Source of the DNA: Camelus ferus
Taxonomy: Eukaryota
Length of the DNA: 64,000 bases
Assembly (NCBI RefSeq): GCF_009834535.1
Contig: NC_045697.1
Span: forward strand, 119,848,001 to 119,912,000
Direction of reading: 5' to 3'
The notes beneath the pieces are model-generated. The model was not told where the DNA came from. It saw nothing but the letters and a program-made list of their open reading frames with translations, and made no database searches. Positions 54,901 through 64,000 of the stretch are shown in pieces (position 1 is the first letter of the stretch; each line of letters opens with the position of its first letter). Both the position numbers and the translations under genes were made by a program.

Positions 54901-57900
54901 TAACAGAACATATTTTTGTTTATGATTGAGATGGTAAAATCTCCAAGCATGTTTCAGGGGGTACAGGTATTCCTAGGTTGTGGGAGGTCAGATACTTCCC
55001 ACTACTGCCCATGGGGAGGAAATCGCTCCTGCTTGGCTTTCCAGCCCATTCCCAGTTTCCCTTGCAACCCAGCCTGAGAGAACACTCAGAAAATGTTGCT
55101 TAATTTTTAATTAGAACCCAGGCGCTTCTGACAGTTGTAGAAACCTCCCAATACACAGGGTAACAGAACACTTCTTTGTGTGTGTTATGTAGTAGGAAAA
55201 CACACTCCATGCATGTTTCTGGGGTGCAGGTTTAACCAGGTTGGGAGACGTTGGCTAATTATCTCCAGAGTCCATGTGGAGGCACTCTGTTTTTCTTCGT
55301 TTTCCAGCCCTACTCCCAGCATTCCCTTGCAGCCCGGGATAGGAAAACACCCAGGGATGACAGACTAAGTACTTCTATCAGAACCCTGGCGCTGCTATCT
55401 TTTGGAGGGACTTCCAAACACACAGGATTCCCAAACACGGCTTTGCTTGTGTGAGTTGTGAATCCCCACAGCACACACATGGCTGGGGGCACAAGTTTTT
55501 ACCTGTTAGGGAGAAGTCCGCTAATTACCTGAACAGTCCATCTCGGGGCACTCCCTGCTACATGGATTTCCAGCCCAACCCCCAGGTTTCCCTTGCAGCC
55601 CGGCCTGGGGTAACACACAAGTAAAAGAACTACTGGTGCTATAAGAACCCATGCGCTGCTGAGAATTGTGGAAATCTTCGAACACTCAGGATAACAGAAC
55701 AAATCTTTCTGTGTGTGATGTAGTAGAAAAACACATGCCAGGCATTTTTTTGGGGATCCAGGTTTTCCCAGGTTGGGAGATGTCGGCTACATTCCTTCGC
55801 TGCTCATGGGCAGTCACTGACTTCTTCTTCGATTTCAAGTCCAACTCCCAGCTTTCCCTAGTAGCCCGGACTAGTGAAACACCCAGGGATGAAAAATAAT
55901 GTTTCTATCAGTACCCCGGCATTGCTGTGTGTTGGATGATCCTCCAAACCCTCAGGATTCTGGAACAAGACATTGCATGTTGGGAGTTGTGGAGCCCCAA
56001 TCCACGCAGAAGGATGGGGTAACAGATTTGTCACTGTTAGGGAGAAGTCCGCTAATTACCTCCACAGTGCGTCTTGGGGCACTCGCTGCTTCTTGGCTTT
56101 TCAGCCAATCCCCCAGAATTCACTCGCAGCCCGGCCTTTGAAAACACTCAGGGCAATTAAGCTAAGGTTCTACAGGAACCCAAGTGCTGCAGACAGTTGT
56201 AGGAACCTCCCCACACTCAGGATAAAAGAACAATTCTTTGAGTGTCTGATAGAGATGGGTAAACTAACTCCACGGTTGTTTCAGGTGGTACAGGCGATTT
56301 TAGGTTGTGGAAATTCGTATAATTACCTTCCAAAGTCCATGGGGTGGCCCTTGCATTTGCTTGGATTTCCAGCCCTACCCCCAGCATTTCCTCGCAGCCC
56401 GGCCTGGGAAAAACTCAGGGAATAAAAGCTACAGGTTCTGTTAGAACAATCTTGCTCCTGAAAGTTGTAGAAACCTCCCCAAACTAAGAAAAAGAGAACA
56501 CTACTTTGTGTGTGTGATGGAGTAGGAAAACACACTAAAGGCATGTTTCTGGGGTGCAGGTGTTCCCAGGAAGGGAGATTTTGGCTAATTACCTCCACTG
56601 CCCATGGGGAGGCACTCTGATTTTCTTCGTTTTCCAGCCCTACTCCCAGCATTCCATTGCTGCACGGGGTAGGAAAATACCCAGGGATGACAAACTAATT
56701 AATACTATCAGAAACCCGGCGCTGCCGTCTGTTGCAGGAACCTCTACACACACAGGATTCCCAAACACGGCTTTGATTGGGGAGTTGTGAAGTCCCACTC
56801 CACACACATGGCTGGGGGCACAAGTATTTCCCTTTTATTGAGAAGTCAGTTAATTACCTCCACAGTGCATCTTGGGGCACTCGCTGCTTCTTGGCTTCTC
56901 AGCCAATTCCCCAGATTTCACTCTCAGCCCGGTCTCGGAAAACACTCAGGGAAGGAAAGCTACAAGTTCTATTAGAACCCAGGCGATCCTGACAGTTGTA
57001 GAAAACTCAACATACTAAGGAAAACAGAATACTCCTTTGTGTGTGTGATGGAGTAGGAAAACACACTAAAGGCATGTTTATGGGTTGCAGGTGTTCCCAG
57101 GATGGGAGATGTTGGCTAATTACCTCCACTGCCCATGGGGAAGCACTCTCTTCACTTCGATTTCCAGCCCTAATCCTAGCATACCCTTGCAGCCCGACCG
57201 TGGGAAACACCCAGGGATTAAAAATCTAAGACATTCTGTCAGAACCATGGAGCTGCTGTCTGTTGGAGGAACCTCCAAACACTCACGATTCCGGAACACG
57301 GCTTTGTTGGGGGGAGTGGTGAAGCCGCACTGCACACTCACTGCTGGGGGCACATGATATTCCCTGTTAGGGTGAAGTCTGCTAATTACATCCACAATCC
57401 ATCTAGGGGCACTCGCTGCTACTTGGCTTTCCATACCAACCCCCAGCTTTCCCTCACAGCCCGGCCTGGGTAAACACTCAGGGATAATATGCTATTGGTT
57501 GTATTGGAACCCAGGTGCTACCTACCGTTGTAGGAAACATCCCACACCTAGGATAACAGAAGAAATTTTTGAGGGTCTGTTGGAGATGTGTAAACAAGCT
57601 CCACTCATGTTTCTGGGGGCACAGGTGTTCCAAGGCTGTGGGACGTCGGAAAAATACCTCACAATTTCATGGGGAGTAACATGCAACTTCTACGAATTTC
57701 AGCCCAACCCACAGCTTTACCTCGCAGTCAGGCCTGTGAAAACAATCACGGATAAGGAAATACTGGTGCTATTATATCCCAGGCGCTGTTCATAGTTGTA
57801 GAAACCTCCCCACACTCAGGATAGTGGAACACATCTTTGTGTGTATGATGGTATAGGAAAATACACTCCAGGCATGTTTCTGGGGGTACATCTGTTCCCA

Positions 57901-60900
57901 GGTTTGGAGATGTCGCCTAATTAACTCCACTGCCAATTGGGAGGCACTCTCTACTTCTTCGCTTTCCAGACAAACTCCAACATATCCCTTGCAGTCCGGC
58001 CTAAGAAAACACCTAGATATGACAATATTAGTCATTTTATCAGAACCACGGCGCTGCTGTCGGTAGGAGGTTCCCAACACACTCAAAATTCCGGAACACG
58101 GCTTTGCTTGGTGGAGGTGTGGAGCCTCACACCACACAGATGACTGGGGGCACAGGAATTCCCTGTTTATGAGAAGTCCGCTAATTACCTCTACAGTCAA
58201 TCTCTAGGCACTTGTTGCTACTTGGCTTTCCAGCCGAACCCACAGATTTCCCTCGCAGCCCGCCCTGGAAGACACTCAGAAGAAATATGCTAGTGGTTCT
58301 AATGGAACACAGGCACTGCAGACCGTTGTAGGAACCACCGCACACGCAGGATAACAGAACATATTTTTGTTTATGATTGAGATGGTAAAATCTCCAAGCA
58401 TGTTTCAGGGGGTACAGGTATTCCTAGGTTGTGGGAGGTCAGATACTTCCCACTACTGCCCATGGGGAGGAAATCGCTCCTGCTTGGCTTTCCAGCCCAT
58501 TCCCAGTTTCCCTTGCAACCCAGCCTGAGAGAACACTCAGAAAATGTTGCTTAATTTTTAATTAGAACCCAGGCGCTTCTGACAGTTGTAGAAACCTCCC
58601 AATACACAGGGTAACAGAACACTTCTTTGTGTGTGTTATGTAGTAGGAAAACACACTCCATGCATGTTTCTGGGGTGCAGGTTTAACCAGGTTGGGAGAC
58701 GTTGGCTAATTATCTCCAGAGTCCATGTGGAGGCACTCTGTTTTTCTTCGTTTTCCAGCCCTACTCCCAGCATTCCCTTGCAGCCCGGGATAGGAAAACA
58801 CCCAGGGATGACAGACTAAGTACTTCTATCAGAACCCTGGCGCTGCTATCTTTTGGAGGGACTTCCAAACACACAGGATTCCCAAACACGGCTTTGCTTG
58901 TGTGAGTTGTGAATCCCCACAGCACACACATGGCTGGGGGCACAAGTTTTTACCTGTTAGGGAGAAGTCCGCTAATTACCTGAACAGTCCATCTCGGGGC
59001 ACTCCCTGCTACATGGATTTCCAGCCCAACCCCCAGGTTTCCCTTGCAGCCCGGCCTGGGGTAACACACAAGTAAAAGAACTACTGGTGCTATAAGAACC
59101 CATGCGCTGCTGAGAATTGTGGAAATCTTCGAACACTCAGGATAACAGAACAAATCTTTCTGTGTGTGATGTAGTAGAAAAACACATGCCAGGCATTTTT
59201 TTGGGGATCCAGGTTTTCCCAGGTTGGGAGATGTCGGCTACATTCCTTCGCTGCTCATGGGCAGTCACTGACTTCTTCTTCGATTTCAAGTCCAACTCCC
59301 AGCTTTCCCTAGTAGCCCGGACTAGTGAAACACCCAGGGATGAAAAATAATGTTTCTATCAGTACCCCGGCATTGCTGTGTGTTGGATGATCCTCCAAAC
59401 CCTCAGGATTCTGGAACAAGACATTGCATGTTGGGAGTTGTGGAGCCCCAATCCACGCAGAAGGATGGGGTAACAGATTTGTCACTGTTAGGGAGAAGTC
59501 CGCTAATTACCTCCACAGTGCGTCTTGGGGCACTCGCTGCTTCTTGGCTTTTCAGCCAATCCCCCAGAATTCACTCGCAGCCCGGCCTTTGAAAACACTC
59601 AGGGCAATTAAGCTAAGGTTCTACAGGAACCCAAGTGCTGCAGACAGTTGTAGGAACCTCCCCACACTCAGGATAAAAGAACAATTCTTTGAGTGTCTGA
59701 TAGAGATGGGTAAACTAACTCCACGGTTGTTTCAGGTGGTACAGGCGATTTTAGGTTGTGGAAATTCGTATAATTACCTCCACAGTCCATGGGGTGGCCC
59801 TTGCATTTGCTTGGATTTCCAGCCCTACCCCCAGCATTTCCTCGCAGCCCGGCCTGGGAAAAACTCAGGGAATAAAAGCTACAGGTTCTGTTAGAACAAT
59901 CTTGCTCCTGAAAGTTGTAGAAACCTCCCCAAACTAAGAAAAAGAGAACACTACTTTGTGTGTGTGATGGAGTAGGAAAACACACTAAAGGCATGTTTCT
60001 GGGGTGCAGGTGTTCCCAGGAAGGGAGATTTTGGCTAATTACCTCCACTGCCCATGGGGAGGCACTCTGATTTTCTTCGTTTTCCAGCCCTACTCCCAGC
60101 ATTCCATTGCTGCACGGGGTAGGAAAACACCCAGGGATGACAAACTAATTAATACTATCAGAAACCCGGCGCTGCCGTCTGTTGCAGGAACCTCTACACA
60201 CACAGGATTCCCAAACACGGCTTTGACTGGGGAGTTGTGAAGTCCCACTCCACACACATGGCTGGGGGCACAAGTATTTCCCTGTTATTGAGAAGTCAGT
60301 TAATTACCTCCACAGTGCATCTTGGGGCACTCGCTGCTTCTTGGCTTCTCAGCCAATTCCCCAGATTTCACTCTCAGCCCGGTCTCGGAAAACACTCAGG
60401 GAAGGAAAGCTACAAGTTCTATTAGAACCCAGGCGATCCTGACAGTTGTAGAAAACTCAACATACTAAGGAAAACAGAATACTCCTTTGTGTGTGTGATG
60501 GAGTAGGAAAACACACTAAAGGCATGTTTATGGGTTGCAGGTGTTCCCAGGATGGGAGATGTTGGCTAATTACCTCCACTGCCCATGGGGAAGCACTCTC
60601 TTCACTTCGATTTCCAGCCCTAATCCTAGCATACCCTTGCAGCCCGACCGTGGGAAACACCCAGGGATTAAAATCTAAGACATTCTGTCAGAACCATGGA
60701 GCTGCTGTCTGTTGGAGGAACCTCCAAACACTCACGATTCCGGAACACGGCTTTGTTGGGGGGAGTGGTGAAGCCGCACTGCACACTCACTGCTGGGGGC
60801 ACATGATATTCCCTGTTAGGGTGAAGTCTGCTAATTACATCCACAATCCATCTAGGGGCACTCGCTGCTACTTGGCTTTCCATACCAACCCCCAGCTTTC

Positions 60901-61320
60901 CCTCACAGCCCGGCCTGGGTAAACACTCAGGGATAATATGCTATTGGTTGTATTGGAACCCAGGTGCTACCTACCGTTGTAGGAAACATCCCACACCTAG
61001 GATAACAGAAGAAATTTTTGAGGGTCTGTTGGAGATGTGTAAACAAGCTCCACTCATGTTTCTGGGGGCACAGGTGTTCCAAGGCTGTGGGACGTCGGAA
61101 AAATACCTCACAATTTCATGGGGAGTAACATGCAACTTCTACGAATTTCAGCCCAACCCACAGCTTTACCTCGCAGTCAGGCCTGTGAAAACAATCACGG
61201 ATAAGGAAATACTGGTGCTATTATATCCCAGGCGCTGTTCATAGTTGTAGAAACCTCCCCACACTCAGGATAGTGGAACACATCTTTGTGAGTATGATGG
61301 TATAGGAAAATACACTCCAG

Positions 61321-61334
61321 GCATGTTTCTGGGG
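61321..61334. other. Junction of a 790-bp (3-monomer) in-register deletion that creates a 10-mer variant
   Basis: The left flank matches 57841-57885 and the right flank matches 58662 onward. The 14 bp gcatgtttctgggg is shared by both sides. Confidence 0.9.
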
Positions 61335-64000
61335 TGCAGGTTTAACCAGGTTGGGAGACGTTGGCTAATTATCTCCCGAGTCCATGTGGAGGCACTCTGT
61401 TTTTCTTCGTTTTCCAGCCCTACTCCCAGCATTCCCTTGCAGCCCGGGATAGGAAAACACCCAGGGATGACAGACTAAGTACTTCTATCAGAACCCTGGC
61501 GCTGCTATCTTTTGGAGGGACTTCCAAACACACAGGATTCCCAAACACGGCTTTGCTGTGTGAGTTGTGAATCCCCACAGCACACACATGGCTGGGGGCA
61601 CAAGTTTTTACCTGTTAGGGAGAAGTCCGCTAATTACCTGAACAGTCCATCTCGGGGCACTCCCTGCTACATGGATTTCCAGCCCAACCCCCAGTTTTCC
61701 CTTGCAGCCCGGCCTGGGGTAACACACAAGTAAAAGAACTACTGGTGCTATAAGAACCCATGCGCTGCTGAGAATTGTGGAAATCTTCGAACACTCAGGA
61801 TAACAGAACAAATCTTTCTGTGTGTGATGTAGTAGAAAAACACATGCCAGGCATTTTTTTGGGGATCCAGGTTTTCCCAGGTTGGGAGATGTCGGCTACA
61901 TTCCTTCGCTGCTCATGGGCAGTCACTGACTTCTTCTTCGATTTCAAGTCCAACTCCCAGCTTTCCCTAGTAGCCCGGACTAGTGAAACACCCAGGGATG
62001 AAAAATAATGTTTCTATCAGTACCCCGGCATTGCTGTGTGTTGGATGATCCTCCAAACCCTCAGGATTCTGGAACAAGACATTGCATGTTGGGAGTTGTG
62101 GAGCCCCAATCCACGCAGAAGGATGGGGTAACAGATTTGTCACTGTTAGGGAGAAGTCCGCTAATTACCTCCACAGTGCGTCTTGGGGCACTCGCTGCTT
62201 CTTGGCTTTTCAGCCAATCCCCCAGAATTCACTCGCAGCCCGGCCTTTGAAACACTCAGGGCAATTAAGCTAAGGTTCTACAGGAACCCAAGTGCTGCAG
62301 ACAGTTGTAGGAACCTCCCCACACTCAGGATAAAAGAACAATTCTTTGAGTGTCTGATAGAGATGGGTAAACTAACTCCACGGTTGTTTCAGGTGGTACA
62401 GGCGATTTTAGGTTGTGGAAATTCGTATAATTACTTCCAAAGTCCATGGGGTGGCCCTTGCATTTGCTTGGATTTCCAGCCCTACCCCCAGCATTTCCTC
62501 GCAGCCCGGCCTGGGAAAAACTCAGGGAATAAAAGCTACAGGTTCTGTTAGAACAATCTTGCTCCTGAAAGTTGTAGAAACCTCCCCAAACTAAGAAAAA
62601 GAGAACACTACTTTGTGTGTGTGATGGAGTAGGAAAAAACAAAAAAGGCTTGTTTCTGGGTTGCAGGTGATCCCAGGATGTGAGATGTTGGCTAATTACC
62701 TCCACTGTCCATGGTGAGGCACTCTGATTTTCTTCGTTTTCCAGCCCTACTCCCAGCATTCCGTTGCTGCACGGGGTGGGAATACACCCAGGGATGACAA
62801 ACTAAGTAATTCTATCAGAACCACGGCGCTGCTGTCTGTTGCAGGAACCTCCACACACACAGGATTCCCCAAACCGGCTTTGATTGTGGAGTTCTGAAGC
62901 CCCACTCCACACACATGGCTGGGGGCACAAGTATTTCCCTGTTATTGAGAAGTCATTTAATTACCTCCACAGTGCATCTTGGGGCACTCGCTGCTTCTTG
63001 GCTTCTCAGCCAATTCCCCAGATTTCACTCTCAGCCCGGTCTCGGAAAACACTCAGGGAAGGAAAGCTACAAGTTCTATTAGAACCCAGGCGATCCTGAC
63101 AGTTGTAGAAAACTCAACATACTAAGGAAAACAGAATACTCCTTTGTGTGTGTGATGGAGTAGGAAAACACACTAAAGGCATGTTTATGGGTTGCAGGTG
63201 TTCCCAGGATGGGAGATGTTGGCTAATTACCTCCACTGCCCATGGGGAAGCACTCTCTTCACTTCGATTTCCAGCCCTAATCCTAGCATACCCTTGCAGC
63301 CCGACCGTGGGAAACACCCAGGGATTAAAAATCTAAGACATTCTGTCAGAACCATGGAGCTGCTGTCTGTTGGAGGAACCTCCAAACACTCACGATTCCG
63401 GAACACGGCTTTGTTGGGGGGAGTGGTGAAGCCGCACTGCACACTCACTGCTGGGGGCACATGATATTCCCTGTTAGGGTGAAGTCTGCTAATTACATCC
63501 ACAATCCATCTAGGGGCACTCGCTGCTACTTGGCTTTCCATACCAACCCCCAGCTTTCCCTCACAGCCCGGCCTGGGTAAACACTCAGGGATAATATGCT
63601 ATTGGTTGTATTGGAACCCAGGTGCTACCTACCGTTGTAGGAAACATCCCACACCTAGGATAACAGAAGAAATTTTTGAGGGTCTGTTGGAGATGTGTAA
63701 ACAAGCTCCACTCATGTTTCTGGGGGCACAGGTGTTCCAAGGCTGTGGGACGTCGGAAAAATACCTCACAATTTCATGGGGAGTAACATGCAACTTCTAC
63801 GAATTTCAGCCCAACCCACAGCTTTACCTCGCAGTCAGGCCTGTGAAAACAATCACGGATAAGGAAATACTGGTGCTATTATATCCCAGGCGCTGTTCAT
63901 AGTTGTAGAAACCTCCCCACACTCAGGATAGTGGAACACATCTTTGTGTGTATGATGGTATAGGAAAATACACTCCAGGCATGTTTCTGGGGGTACATCT

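Larger units (their letters stand above)
1..64000. repeat. Tandem satellite DNA array, ~265-bp monomer, head-to-tail, about 240 monomers, with higher-order repeat organisation
   Basis: The anchor motif GAACCCAGG(C/T)GCTGC and its variants recur at ~174, 440, 704, 969, 1234, 1498, 1763, 2032 and onward, about 260-269 bp apart, to the end of the window. Other shared motifs are CACTCAGGATAACAGAAC, GCTAATTACCTCCAC, CCCATGGGG and TTTCCCT(T/C)GCAGCCCGG. All long periods (2917, 3450, 4498, 5030, 7950, 9542) are close to integer multiples of 265. Confidence 0.98.
37136..64000. repeat. 13-mer HOR (~3450 bp; B-C-A-B-C-A-C-A-B-C-A-C-A), about 8 copies, two of them shortened by deletions
   Basis: A marker ORF recurs at 43692, 47146, 50596, 53590, 57041, 60491 and 63148 (steps of 3454, 3450, 2994, 3451, 3450 and 2657). 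Earlier copies show offsets 37332/40780 and 38912/42362. Confidence 0.95.

Noticed and set aside
301..63902. Several hundred 60-197 aa ORFs on both strands
   Set aside because: They are short, overlap in all frames, recur with the repeat period, are broken by stops or frameshifts between copies and show no recognisable domain. They are chance ORFs in satellite DNA.
1..64000. CRISPR-like or cassette-like array (conserved motifs such as gagaagtccgctaattacctc separated by variable sequence)
   Set aside because: The intervening sequences are homologous to each other, the unit is ~265 bp, and there are no cas or integrase genes.
1..64000. Assignment to a named satellite (alpha satellite 171 bp, owl monkey OwlRep ~187 bp, aye-aye DMA2 ~268 bp)
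   Set aside because: The first two do not fit the monomer length. DMA2 is similar in length as I recall it, but I cannot compare the sequences, so I make no assignment without a database search.
1..64000. Transposon insertions, inversions, or tRNA/5S/snRNA tandem genes
   Set aside because: Every stretch I read fits the monomer in the same orientation. I found no poly-A tails, target-site duplications, LTRs or recognisable RNA gene sequence.

Overview
The whole 64 kb window is one uninterrupted, single-orientation tandem satellite array built from a monomer of about 265 bp, and it looks eukaryotic (probably vertebrate, centromeric or pericentromeric). I see no credible gene, RNA gene, transposon or CRISPR array. 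The ORF track only echoes the repeat, but its offsets give usable period measurements. The monomers fall into three classes that I call A, B and C. They are arranged into higher-order repeats (HORs) whose period changes along the window. From 1 to ~20.6 kb there are rearranged derivatives of a 19-mer: a recent 2917-bp (11-mer) duplication, offsets of 9542 bp (36 monomers) and 7950 bp (30 monomers), and a 9-mer. From ~20.6 to 37.1 kb a 19-mer (~5.03 kb) becomes a 17-mer (~4.50 kb). From ~37.1 kb to the end there is a 13-mer (~3.45 kb) that is highly homogeneous after ~43 kb and carries a 456-bp out-of-register deletion and a 790-bp in-register deletion. Most changes of period map to a chimeric monomer, so the window records unequal crossover and conversion events. 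All comparisons were made by eye and from ORF offsets, and boundaries are approximate. I could not assign the satellite family or the species.
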